64,000 nucleotides of DNA from Eledone cirrhosa (taxonomy: Eukaryota), in assembly GCA_964016885.1 (NCBI GenBank), contig OZ024740.1, positions 159,340,001-159,404,000 of the forward strand, given 5' to 3'. Position 1 is the first letter of the stretch. Every line of letters begins with the position of its first letter. The notes beneath the pieces are model-generated. The model searched no databases, was not told the origin of the DNA, and saw only the letters and a program-made list of their open reading frames with translations. Below are positions 41,619 through 55,808 of this stretch, piece after piece. Position numbers and translations under genes: made by a program.

Positions 41619-42278
41619 TTATATATATATATATATACAATATATTAATAAATGGAAACTATATTATATATATTTCACATATATAACTTATATATATATA
41701 TACGCAGATAAACACACACCTTTATACTCACAGAGATATATAAACTTATATCTATATATGTGTGTGATCACCTGCATGCATGTGTGTGAGTTGATAGGCA
41801 CGCAGGCACAGACACATTTACCTCACGCTCTTATTTCTAATAAATATCATATTTTTCTTATCTACACTTGTATCATCACTATATATTGTCGAAATTATAT
41901 TATTGAAATTTCATGACAGCTATTCAGAAAAATAAATTAGTAAAACCACACAAATACCATTATGTTCACAGATTTTTCACATCCTAAGAGTATTATACTT
42001 TATTAATTATCAAAGTCTTTAGTCATAATCCTCTAACGGTATTTCTAATATATGTTGGCAATAGAGCGAGATGGACGCAGTTCAAATAGTTATTTCATGT
42101 TCTTTCTACAATTATACAGAGATGTGTGTCTGTTTCGTAATGTATCACACAACAATGAATCTGTATGATTCTAAAGTTAATATTTTTAAATCAACATTTA
42201 TGTATGATTTGTTCTAATATTTCCATTTTCCTTAGGGGCAACCAAGAACAATCCACATTTTATATATATTCATATTTT

Positions 42279-42600
42279 TATTGTTATACTTGTGGTGGGT
42301 CATATTATTGTAATAATATTGCCAGAAATAATAACAGAACACACTCACTGTTTTATTGGTTTTCGCTTCTGTATCTTTTATATCTCCACAGTTAATTCAT
42401 TTGGTCCTCAAAATTTATCATTGACTGACCAAATTAATTAACTGTGGAGATATAAAAGATGCAGAAGCGAAAACCAACCAAATAGTGAGTGTGTTCTGTT
42501 ATTATTTCTGGCAATATTATTACAACAATATGACCCTGCCCAAGTATAACAATATTTGTTTCGACACACGATTTCATATCAAAAACCTCGCAAAACATAT
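42279..42600. mobile_element. hairpin mini-element related to the family N tail
   Basis: Arms 42279-42406 and 42427-42554. Right tail caagtataacaatatttgtttcgacacacgatttca resembles family N. Confidence 0.8.
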
Positions 42601-44504
42601 TTTTATTTTGATGGATAAATTATTAGATCCTTGACATGAGTGTTGATATACATTTACACCAGGTCCGAACAAAAAGGAACCAAACTCCCACTGTCACTGC
42701 TCCCGTCTCCCGCTTTCCCTATCTCTCACTATTATGAGAAAATGGTGGCCCACGTGCTGGCTACCCCACGGCCCCGGCGGACTAAATAGAGAAGGCGTTT
42801 CCCCGGAGGATGGTGAGGGAGACGCGCTTCGAAGCTCATTTCATGTTATTAAAGAATTCAATTATGTCTTCAAATTTGTTCTATAGATTTGTTTGTCGAA
42901 AGAGTAACTTTCAAACTAATGTTAAATGTTTTAATTATGTTTTCGACTTCATTCCATAGTTAAACATGTTTTAAGCGAAATATATTTCATAATTTTATTT
43001 TTAAACTTTGAAGAGCTGCCAGATGCCCTTGTTCTTAAAGTTTATTTAAAATAAGATAGTATGCTTGGAAACTTGGAGCCTTATTACAAAGTGAACTTTA
43101 AGTGAAATTACACCAAATTTCATGGTATAAAACTTTTACAATGGAGAACAGACATGATTGAAACTTGGAATCAGATAGGATTACAACACAAATTAGAACT
43201 ATATGAAACAACAATGGGTGCAAGTATAGCTTCGTCGTAGTGAAGTTTGTTTCGGAATCATGAAGTCCTGGAGCCGATATCACTGTGTGACGTCTTGGGT
43301 GAGGGTCTTTTATCATAACCTCGTGTTGACCCAAGCCATATAGATGAAAATATGTAATTCAAAGATTGTGTTATGCAGATTCGGCAACGTTGTTACGTTA
43401 AAAGTAAACGTCTCTGTGTAATATTAAGCCACTTTACATTTTAATTTTTTTAAATTAAGGCGTTCAATTGATCAAAGAACTTACTTTTCAACAACTAAAG
43501 TGATACAGCATCCATTATATAGAACCAATAAGAATATGAATAAGAAACTACATGCTGTTTGGCATTCGGTGAAGACTTGGTGCCAATCAGCATTTGAACT
43601 ATAATTTTACTCTTCGAACAGAGAAGGAAGAGCTGTCTCTATGAGACACTTTAGATCCCCACAGACTATCCACAGAGAGGGATAAACGTATCCTCAGATC
43701 GGAGCTAGGATACGAATGTTTGTAACTGAATAGACTCCGCTTAAGTCTGCCAAACGCTAGGTTGTGGTGTTAAACAGGACAATAGATTAAATTAACCACC
43801 CAAGTTAGACACAACGAGATTTGAACTCAGAACACAAAGAATCAGAACAAATACCAGGAAGCATCTTAACTAATGCACTTAAAATTTCACCAATCCAATG
43901 CTTTAACCCTTTAGTATTTACATTACTCTATATTTACTATGTATTTTTGTGGTAAAGGCTTTATCTCACATAATTATCTTACATAATATCGAATCTATGC
44001 GATTTTGATGTTATTAATTTTGAGAACAATACCTTAACATAAGTATGCGTGGCTAGTTTGAACAGAAAAGGTGAGAGAATTGTGACTAGATACGGCCAAT
44101 TTAAATGCTAGAGGGTTAAATTGCTAAGTTATTTTATCGATACCGCCAAAATAAAAGGTAGTTTCAACTTGGCGAGTTTTTAACTCAGGTTAAAGGAAGT
44201 CAGTACAAGCGCCACAAGGTGTTTTGCTCTAATTTAAACCGACAGTAACGACAAATCGCCACTGGACAGGAAGTTGGGACAATATGTAACTATATGCTAA
44301 CTGAAATTCGAACTTAGACTGGAACTATTTAAAAATACATTGCTGCAATGTATTTATTTAGTCAAGCACTCAGCTATCGATATTGGCAACGCATCGGACC
44401 TTGGCAGAGAACAGATTTGATAGTTCTTTTACAAACTGGTAGATTCTAGTAATTGGTAAATATTAAAGACAGAAAATACATACATACATACATATTTATA
44501 CACA

Positions 44505-45105
<601 letters not shown>

Positions 45106-45361
45106 TGCAAGCATAAATTTATTTACGCATGCATACATAGATACATACATAAATACATACATAGATACATTCATATACGCATATATGCCTAAATGCCTAT
45201 ACATATACATAGAAACATAATGAAAGGTTTCCACAAAGAATGACTAAAAGAACAGAATCTCATTTTCTTAATATTAAAAAAATCAAAAAATCTTTTCTTC
45301 ACGACCAGCCAGCGAGCAGCTGCCTGGTCAAAATAAACTCTAATACTGCAATCACGAAAGG

Positions 45362-45402
<41 letters not shown>

Positions 45403-45463
45403 CCCCCCACACACACACGCACGCACACACACATACACACACATACACACACACACGCACATA

Positions 45464-45499
<36 letters not shown>

Positions 45500-45764
45500 G
45501 CATTTCATATATAATATTTCATATATACATTCACATACAGACATACGCACTCATATATAAATACATGCATACAGATACGTATAGTAGCATACACATATAT
45601 AACATAACACTTATATACATGCACACATATCACTATACATAGACAAATGTATTATACACTTCAGTGTAAAATACTATTGTCAGTGTTCAATGATCGTTAT
45701 CGATTTTCTTTTCCTTCTTTCAGTAAAATTGGAAATCGAATTTTCTTCTATAAAATTTCTTTTC

Positions 45765-45800
<36 letters not shown>

Positions 45801-45810
45801 TCTCTCTCTT

Positions 45811-45887
<77 letters not shown>

Positions 45888-46083
45888 GCCTATATATATA
45901 TATAAATATATATATAAATATGCACACACACACACACACACGCATATATATATATATATATATATATAAGGTAAAGAAAAATAACAAAACAAACGTCACA
46001 TATAGATAATTTTATATATATATATATATATATAGTGAAAGAATGAAGAATAACATGATTACCTATAACGATAGTTTCTTATC

Positions 46084-46181
<98 letters not shown>

Positions 46182-47080
46182 TGAGACAGGGAATATTCAT
46201 ATATATATATATTTTTTTTTTCATCGTTTAATTTCCACTTTCACATATAAAGTTTTTCGCCCCGTAATTTAAGGACAATTTTAACAAGAACGCCTCTTGA
46301 ACAACCAAATATTGATTCCATATGATTAAACCATATTTAGTTTTTTCTCCAAAAATAAATATGGATGGCGTCATCGTTGTTAATATTGCTGTAGTGCTTG
46401 TTTACCCATAGGCTAACGCTAATCTAACAGAACTATATATGATTCATGGCGATATTACTGCGACTATTTCGTCTCTATAAGGGTTATAGCATTTTCTAAT
46501 CCACTTTACTGATATGTTATTTCTGTATTTAACTTTTAATGTCCTGTACCGTAGGATACCAGCTTTAAAAAAATGTTAAAAAGTACAAACAGCTGCATGA
46601 TTTCTATCATATCGATATCAAAGACGTTACAGAGGTTCTCAAACATTTAGGCCTACCGCCCCTTCGCAGCCACATAATACCCTCAGTGCGCCCCAGCCCT
46701 ATTTCCAGAGAGACTTACCTGCACGCAAATTGTAAATAATATATAATAAATAAAATCGCCCACTTTGAGAACCTCTGCTCTAATACTACAAATCTTCACA
46801 ACCATTTGTTCACAAATGCAGTTACTGTAAATTTTAACGTAGTGTTTAGTCTGTTTGATTCAGGAGTTTGTTTACACGGCGGGGCGCTGTGTCTTTAAGC
46901 AAGACATTTTATTTCATGTTGATCCTGTCCACTCAGCAGGCAAAAATGCACTGGACTTATAAGCGAAAGGTCTTGTCCTGGTGAATTTCACTGTACATCA
47001 CGTTAAGAGTCCATGTGTCTGTGGAATGCTCAGCTAATTTCACGCTAATTTAACGAGTAGGACAAATTATTGGAACACTT

Positions 47081-47139
<59 letters not shown>

Positions 47140-47195
47140 CACACGCACATACATTCCACTATTAATAAAAAATGAATAATCATGCCAAACAGCAA

Positions 47196-47610
47196 TAATA
47201 ATAATTGTGTCTACATTTGGCACATGGCCAGCAATTATCCCAGTGCATTACTGGTACTTTATTTTATCGACCCCGTAAGGATGAAAGGCAAAGTTAAACT
47301 AGGCGGGATTTGAAATCAGAACGTAAAGGGACATAACTCTATGCTGTGAAGCATGGTGTCTGACGCTCTACAGATACTGCCAATCAACTGCTATACAGCA
47401 ATAATAATAATTGTTTCTGATTCAGGCACAAGGCCAACCATTTTTGGGGAGGGGAAAGTCGATTAAATCGACCCCAGTGCGTTACTGGTACTTTATTTTA
47501 TTGACCCCGTAAGGATGAAAGGCAAAGTTAACTTCAGCGGATTTGAACTCTGAACGTAAAGAAGCGGAACAAATCCCATATAGCATTTATCTGGAGCTTT
47601 AACGACTCTA
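47196..47610 (-). mobile_element. two adjacent SINE family A copies (short variant, then long variant)
   Basis: Two bodies at 47196-47390 and 47400-47610. The first is flanked by acagcaataataataa. Confidence 0.85.
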
Positions 47611-47659
47611 GTATCATGATGACACCTTATGTTATCGATCTCTGAAAAGTCAATATGCC

Positions 47660-47747
<88 letters not shown>

Positions 47748-47774
47748 TATATATATACATATACACACCCACAT

Positions 47775-47812
<38 letters not shown>

Positions 47813-47871
47813 CTATATCTATATATATATATATATATATATAAGTATATATATATATATATATCTTTATT

Positions 47872-48318
47872 TATTTTCCACAGGGGCGTACACAAATGGG
47901 ACATTACAAGACGTGACGGCGGGGGTTTTACATAAAAATAACTTTAACATTAATAAATAACAATAAACTATATATAATAAAATAACATTTGAAATCCCCA
48001 ATAGGGGGGAACGTTACTGAAGGGTTGTTTTACACCCCGTGGATAGAACAACCCTCAACACCAGGAACACGTTTTGTAGGTGTTCCTGTCTTCTCTCTCT
48101 CTTTATCTTCCTCAACCTACAGGTTTATATACAGAGAAGGCCCATTCACTCGGGCCATTTTTTCCACATTTACCCACCTTTCAGCGAATTTACTGGGGAT
48201 AGCACCTCTATCTCCACTCTCACCTTCCTTCTGAAGTGATACTTAAAGAAGGGGATAAGTTGTTGTCCGGAGAGAAAGGTGTTTGGCCTCAGTCCTTTTA
48301 ACCTCGTCCACCATATTA

Positions 48319-48320
<2 letters not shown>
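47872..48320 (-). mobile_element. probable 3' end of a Tx1/L1-like LINE inserted in (TA)n
   Basis: Minus-strand peptide VIWWTRLKGL...LIPFFKYHFRRKVRVE, then a 3' UTR ending aaaataaataaaga. Confidence 0.5.
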
Positions 48321-48396
<76 letters not shown>

Positions 48397-49317
48397 GAGT
48401 GTGTGTGCGTGTATTTGTGAGTACCTTTATATTTCGGATAGCGGTACGTCAAATAGAGATCGATAAATTATGCACCGCACTTTAAACAAATCCTGGAGTC
48501 ACTATGATCGACCAAATACCTTGAGGGCGTGACACAGTTTAAAGGCAGTAAAATTATAAAGTAATAAGAATCGGTAATATGCATAAAATAGCGCTACTTC
48601 ACACATCACTTAGAATACTTTCAATTCAATAGATAACAAAAGCGAAACAAAACTGTGCACATACCTAAGGCACACAACAGAGCTGCAGCTGTTTGTGAAA
48701 TGCAAACACGCAATAACAAGACTAATAGAATAAGAACAACACCAACACCGGGAGCGACTATATAAAAATAACTAAAAAAACTAAAATAAAACTTACACAG
48801 ACTGATACATAACCAAATGACTAGGACTTACAAATATATACAATATAAAGAAAATGCCACAATTAGACACTGCACAGATATCACGAAGAGTACTCTTAAT
48901 ACAGTAGAAATAATACTGCTAATTCCTAAGGCACACAGAACTGTGCGCGGTAATGAGGTGGCAACACACAGTAAAGGTATAACTAATTATGATAATAATG
49001 GTAAATGCGTGCCAAAGAACATTACTGAGAGGAAATTAATTGAAATGCTTAATATCACGATAAACAATAACAGATTTAGATCAAACGTTGCCTTACATAT
49101 ATTTCAAGAAGGTGCGTGGCCTAATGGTTAGGGTTAGATTCTTGGACTGAGCGGCACGTTGTATACTTGAGCAAGATACCTGATTTCATGCTGCTTGTCA
49201 TGATAAGAATGGGTGTCCTATCATTAAAACTATGAGATCAAACCAAGCAGAAGACCATCTAAATTTGCATAGTTGCGAGCAGTAGATTTCATTTTCATTT
49301 ATATACTTTTTAAGATT

Positions 49318-49481
49318 AATTGTTTCTACTTTATCCCAGTGCATTACTGGTGCTTTATTTTATCGACTCCGTAAGGATGAAAGGAAAAGTTAACGTAGTG
49401 GGATTTGAACTCAGGCCATAAAGGGCCATAACTCTATGCTACAAACCATGGTATCTGACGCTCTACCGATTCTGCCAATCC
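49318..49481 (-). mobile_element. SINE family A
   Basis: Conserved body. Confidence 0.85.
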
Positions 49482-51189
49482 GGCCGGATTAATAAACTAG
49501 AGAGTACAATACACAAGAAAAATGCTTATGAAAGAATATTGTAGTTGCAAGGGTATAATACATAAAACCAAGGTAAATACAACATATAAAATAATAGATA
49601 TTAATACTCTAGACGTTCCGGTTTTAACTTATACATGTGATATAATCAACTAGAATTGAAGTGCATTACCAAGACCAGATAGGGAAAACGAAGAAAATAT
49701 GACACTTTAGAATACAAACGCAAAACATCTACAGAAAAAGATTATAATTATGACAAAAAATAGGAATATCGGTGAGAGTTTTCTGCAACTAAAATATCTA
49801 TGGGAGGACAAGAGAAATACATAGAAAAGAATAATGCTACAGAATATGGAAAAAATAAGAATCTATTATACTATTTTAAAGAAACCCAATGAATATAAAT
49901 TAGAGCCTGAGGTAAGAGAAATATGTGAGAAGGATGGAAAAAATAACAAGCAAGACTTAATAAAACTAAAATGTAAATTGAAAATAGTATTACAAAAATG
50001 GTATTCTAAGACATTAGGAAGAAAATAAACCCTATACAGTCAGTAAAAATACAAATGGGGGGAAAGGGTTAGTCAATTAAATCAACCCCAGTGATTGACT
50101 GATATTTTATTCTATTGATCAGGAAGGATGATAGAGAAAGTGTTGTATCTGATGCTTTAACTATTCTGCCAATCCACCGCATTATTCTATTTATATAATG
50201 CGAACAAAGGAACTACTTTGAATGTCAATATTTGCGGAGAATGTAGTGGTGGTAGCTTCCGACTTCTTTATTTCCGGATAATACACTTTAAATTAAGAAT
50301 GTCAGACAGGGCAGGATTTTATGGGGGACAAGGTGGGAAATTGACAGTTATGTACTGGGGTCGAAATAATCGACTTTCCCGTTCCCCACAATTGCTGGTC
50401 TTGTGCCAATATTAGAACGAATTGTGTCTACAACAATGTTTTCCTGGAGATTCTGAAGTGATAATTCTTTTGGCATTTAACACACCAAGTGTTTTAACAG
50501 TTCTGGCATAGTTGTGATTGAGTTGAGAACATTTAAAACCATTTGATACCAACTCGGCCAAAACCGACTGCTCCTTTAAAAAAACAACTATTTTAAAAGA
50601 TTACTTTTTATAATTAAAATCTTTCAACATAATTATAATGTTCAATTACAATCTTAGTAATTAGTAATTTTTGTAAATCCCTAGAATTTCTTCATTAATT
50701 GAAAGAGACTATATTTCATAAGAAATCTGGTCACATCTCCCAATGTATCAGTCGTTCTGGGCAGTTTCTGCTCTCAAAATGACAATAAATCCTATCATTC
50801 AGACTTCTACTCTATGTGTAGAAATATCCACTTTAGTAAAGTTGTGCAATCCTGTTTTGAGTATCATCTAAGAAAGGTTTGAGAAAAATTTATTTCTACC
50901 AAATAAATATTTAAAAACAAACAATTCTAGAAGAGCACCATTTGTCGGCTATACCATACCTAATTGCTTTTCTTTTGAAAATAAGGCCCTAACCCCGAAG
51001 CATCATAAGCTGAAAGTGTAAATTGTTTTGTCTAGTTTTATTACCTTGCCCTAGTATTTACTCTATATCTCTAATTTGATTTTACCGACTTTTCCAAATC
51101 AATCATAAACAATTCCACTTTATGATGCCACATGGAATAATCTTAATATAAAAGAAAGATCTAAAATGTAATTACACCAATGTGCTGTG

Positions 51190-51342
<153 letters not shown>

Positions 51343-51390
51343 CACATTGGTGTAATTACATTTTATATATATATATACATATATATGTAT

Positions 51391-51630
51391 GTGTTCTCTT
51401 TCCCTTAATTTCGAGTACATTTTGACCGGCCACCTTCTTGTAGGTAAGGTTGTAAAAGAAAAGAAATTGTCATCCCTTGAATCGCAAGATTGTTTTGCAA
51501 AGTTTGAAGGTGCCAGATATCGCAGTTATTTGTAGTCTTTGAATTAGGGAGCGGAGCTCTTTGTCCACAAATCCAAAGTCAGTCATACTTTGTTCAAAGC
51601 TTGTTGGTATATAACCTGTAGCTCCAATAA
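51391..51630 (-). mobile_element. older, short 3' fragment of the R4/Dong-like element
   Basis: Diverged direct copy of 51747-51990. Confidence 0.85.
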
Positions 51631-51746
51631 TATGCATGTATGTATGTATGTATGTATGTATATATGTATGTATGTACGTACGTATGTATGTATGTATGTA
51701 TGTATGTATGTATGTATGTATGTATGTATGTATGTATGTATGTATG

Positions 51747-53057
51747 TTTTCTCTTTCTCTTAATTTTGAGTATATTTTTTGACCGGCCTCCTTCCTGGTG
51801 GCAAGGTTGTAAAAGAAAAGAAATTGTCATCCCTTGAATCGCAAGAATGTTTTGCAAATTTTGAAGGTGCCAGCTATCGCAGCCATTTGTAGACTATGAA
51901 TTAGGGAGCTGCGCTTTTTGTCCGCAAATCCAAGTTCAGTCATACTTTGGTCCAAGCGGGTTGGTATATAACCCGTAGCATCAATAATGATGGGTATGAA
52001 GCTAAAGGTGTATCTTGGATACTGGATTTGTAAACTCCTCATCAATGGTCCGTAGATGTCCTCCTTCTCCTGTATTTTTCTGACAACGTTTACATCAAGT
52101 GGGCAGCTGATCTCCACAACAGAACACGTTTTCAATGTGTGGTCCCAAACTACAATATCAGGGCGGTTGTGCTTTAATTTGGTGGCAGTTTTTATTTTCA
52201 GGTTCCACCAGTATTCCTTAGTGCCATCTGTCTCAATATATTCTTCCTCGTTTGTTGTTGATTTTGTTTTCCGAAGTGCGTTCCAGATGGTTCTAGCTAT
52301 CCCATCGTGTCTCATGGGGAGGTAGTAGCGAGATGACATTCTTTCGCAGCTGGCAACAATGTGGCTTACATCCTCGATCTTTGTTTTACATAGCCTACAT
52401 TTATTGTCAGCTGCTGGCCCTCCTCTTTTGTGCAGCAGATATTTGGTAGGGAGTTCTTGTTCCTGTATTGCATAGAGATATCCCTCAAGGTGTGATGTCA
52501 TAAACTTGTCGGAACTCCATGCCAGGCTTTTTGAGTGGTTTATCCCCTCTATGGTCTGTGTTTTACGCCTCAAGTATCCATGCACAACTTTTTCTGTAAA
52601 TTGGTCAATTTTTTTTTCTTGTTTGAACATTGAATAGGATCTTCCGATTTCTCTGGGTGAGAGATTTATATCGGGCTTTATTCCATATCTCTCCTCCAGA
52701 TCAGTCGCTATTCTAATGATATTTCTTTTTTCATGGTCATAAACCTGGGCAAGATGGTTGCCAACCTTTTTCCTCTGTTGAAGGTGTTGCTTCAGTGTCA
52801 CTATCCGGGTCTCATATGTTGTTAATATTGATTTTAGACCCCGGCCACCTTCCTTGCGTGAGAAGTATAGCCTATCCACATCACCATTGATGTTAAAGTT
52901 CCCAGTAACACTGAGAAGTTTTCGAGTTCTAACATCCATCTCACTTAGTTCTTGCAATGACCAGTTCAGTAGGCCAAATGTTGGCGTTAGAATTGGCACA
53001 GCATAAGTATTGTGGGCAATGTATTTGTTGTATGCTGACAGTTCTGATGACCATATT
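51747..53057 (-). mobile_element. 5'-truncated R4/Dong-like non-LTR retrotransposon in (TACA)n
   Basis: Both junctions fall in (TACA)n. Short 3' UTR at 51747-51826. Confidence 0.88.
51827..53057 (-). pseudogene. post-RT domain, CCHC finger and restriction-like (PD-(D/E)xK) endonuclease; open frame
   Basis: RLYFSRKEGGRGL, CRLC..IEDVSHIVASC, RHD, HNRPDIV, VEISCP, K..IY. The ORF-track start at 53116 is microsatellite. Confidence 0.92.
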
Positions 53058-53502
53058 TGTATGTATGTATGTATGTATGTATGTATGTATGTATGTATGT
53101 ATGTACGTACGTACATACGTATGTATGTATGTATGTATGTATGTATGTATGTATGTATGTATGTATGTATGTATGTATGTATGTACGTACGTACGTACGT
53201 ATGTATGTATGTATGTATGTATGTATGTATGTATGTATGTATGTATGTATGTATGTATGTATGTATGTACGTACGTACGTATATATGTATGTATGTTGTG
53301 TCTTGTAATCTATAACTATGCGGAAAGATAGTTTAACATTAACTAAAAATATATCTCTATACATATAAGTAAAATATAGAATATAGTTTACAAGAAAAGG
53401 TTTGGCAATGAGTTTTAGCTATGAATATGCAGGAAAAGGATTTCGAGGATAGAATGAATAAGCACACGCAGAAGGTTGTTAAACTGAGGTTTAGGTTAAG
53501 AG

Positions 53503-53886
53503 TAAGATATGAACTATTAGTATACCGTACAGAGATATGAATTCCATCTTAAATGTTATGAGGCGTAGCTAAATAGATGAAAAATATATAGTAAAATAAT
53601 ATAAGAAAAAATAATTTACATATATTCATGCATATGCGCACGCATATATATATATATATTAAAATAACAGATTAAAGTTGCTTAAAATAACAGATTAAAG
53701 TCCCTTAACGGGATCTTCTGAAACTTTTAATAAATATTTGCTCTACGGTTCTTATATATTTGATATATATTTATCCTTATCGAACCCTCTTTGGATTTTA
53801 GTCTCCAAATTTATTATTATTACTATATATATATATATATATTACTATATATATATTACTATATATATATATATATATATATATAG

Positions 53887-53922
<36 letters not shown>

Positions 53923-54239
53923 ATAATAATAAATTTGAAGACTAAAATCCAAAGAGGGTTCGATAAGGATAAATATATATCAAATATATAAGAACCGTAG
54001 AGCAAATATTTATTAAAAGTTTCAGAAGATCCCGTTAAGGGTGAAAGCAGCGATTCTTTGCTTAAACTTTAATCTGTTATTTTAATATATATATATATGC
54101 GTGCGCATATGCATGACTATATGTAAATTATTTTTTCTTATATTATTTTACTATATATTTTTCATCTATTTAGCTACGCCTCATAACATTTAAGATGGAA
54201 TTCATATCTCTGTACGGTATACTAATAGTTCATATCTTA
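53503..54239. repeat. ~740-bp palindrome containing two tail-to-tail family H3 mini-elements
   Basis: 53503-53823 is the reverse complement of 53919-54239. The centre is (TA)n. Confidence 0.88.
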
Positions 54240-54245
54240 TATATA

Positions 54246-54768
54246 ATATTATAATGAAATGACAGGAGGCTGGATTTGTGTAAATCCTTGAAAGGTTTAT
54301 TATACTATGATCATTTCAATGACAGGGTTCCGTATGAATCCGGTGATATCATCAGGTATTCGAAATATAATACGTGAATGTAATAGATAAAATCCATGGG
54401 GCTGAAAATCGAGGGCGACCGGCTAAGGTAGAGGGTGCAAGATAGCGATCGCCCTCGGGTCCTCGATTTTCAGCCCCATGGATTTTATCTTTATACATTC
54501 ACGTATTATATTTCGAATACCTGATGATATCACCGGATTCATACGGAACCCGGTCATTGAAATGATCATAGTATAATAAACCTTTCAAGGATTTACACAA
54601 ATCCAGCCTCCTGTCATTTCATTATAATATTTAACTCCGTAATAGCACCACCAACTACAAAAACAAAGGCGGCTGAACTGCTTTACGTTGAGTACTCTCT
54701 ATATTATTACAATACGGTTGACCATACGGAATAGACCAGCTCTATACAGTGGTGAACCCCAAACCTGA

Positions 54769-54770
<2 letters not shown>
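54246..54770. mobile_element. hairpin hammerhead element, family H6
   Basis: Arms 54246-54414 and 54461-54630. The right arm extends ~140 nt further to (TA)n. Confidence 0.88.
54517..54574 (+). ncRNA. type I hammerhead ribozyme (mirror at 54302-54359 on the minus strand)
   Basis: atac CTGATGA tatcaccgg-attcatacggaac-ccggtcatt GAAA tgatca TA gtat. Confidence 0.85.
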
Positions 54771-54802
<32 letters not shown>

Positions 54803-55046
54803 TTGCAAGAGATGTCAACATGAATCGACCTGTTATTTTTATATAAAGACATTTTTTCCAATTCCATCCCGCCCGTCCCCTCAATCTATTTTATTTCTCA
54901 TTCTTTCTTCAGATGAAGGACTAGCGTCCGAAACGTTAAGACCCTCTTCCTGCTATATCAAGCGTTAACCTAATATATACCTTCCATATACTGTAGCGAT
55001 TGTGTTGTTATTTCTGTTGACCATTTTACATACACACACACACACG

Positions 55047-55094
<48 letters not shown>

Positions 55095-55116
55095 CACGCA
55101 CGCACGCACACACACA

Positions 55117-55235
<119 letters not shown>

Positions 55236-55808
55236 GTATATTATTCATCATACGTTTACTTTCCAATGTTGGCATATGTATGTATATACACTTATATATA
55301 TATCTATATATTTCGTTTCTGAATTTGTTTAGCAAGATTCTTTATCTGAAATCGTGTGTTGAAACCGATATTGTTATACTTTGGGAGGGTCATGTTGCCA
55401 ATAAGAAACACACGCACCAGTTGCTTTCACTTCAATTTATTATATATTTATAAATTTATAAATTTACAAATTTACAAACTTATAAATTTCTGGTTGGTTG
55501 GTTGGTTCCACAACCAGATAGTTGTTTATATATAGTCATAGTCCTTTCGTCACACACTCTGTGCCCTCTTCAGTGACTGGGGATTCCTTTCTTTGTTTCT
55601 GTGCCTTTCCTTTCTTCTATCCTACGCCATTTTATTTCTGTGTGTGTGTTGTGTGCTCAGTTTGCGCATGCGCCACATCCGGGTGTCTGTGTGTGTTTGT
55701 GTTCATTAATCTATTTGTTTATTTATTTATTTATTTATTGTTGGTTGGTTGTTTGTTCTATGTGTGTGTGTGTTTTCATTTTGTCCTGTGTGTGTTTTCA
55801 TTTTGTCC

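Noticed and set aside
49550-50028. Lys-rich ORF remnant as a host exon
   Set aside because: A-rich with stops and no recognisable motif. Possibly a decayed LINE end, but unsupported.
53044-53050. CTGATGA at the R4 5' junction
   Set aside because: No stem II or GAAA follows. It is the antisense of coding sequence.
54021-54057. Possible hammerhead in family H3 (cagaaga tccc-gttaa-ggg t gaaa)
   Set aside because: The core is mutated in all three copies and there is no convincing stem I, stem III or UH site.
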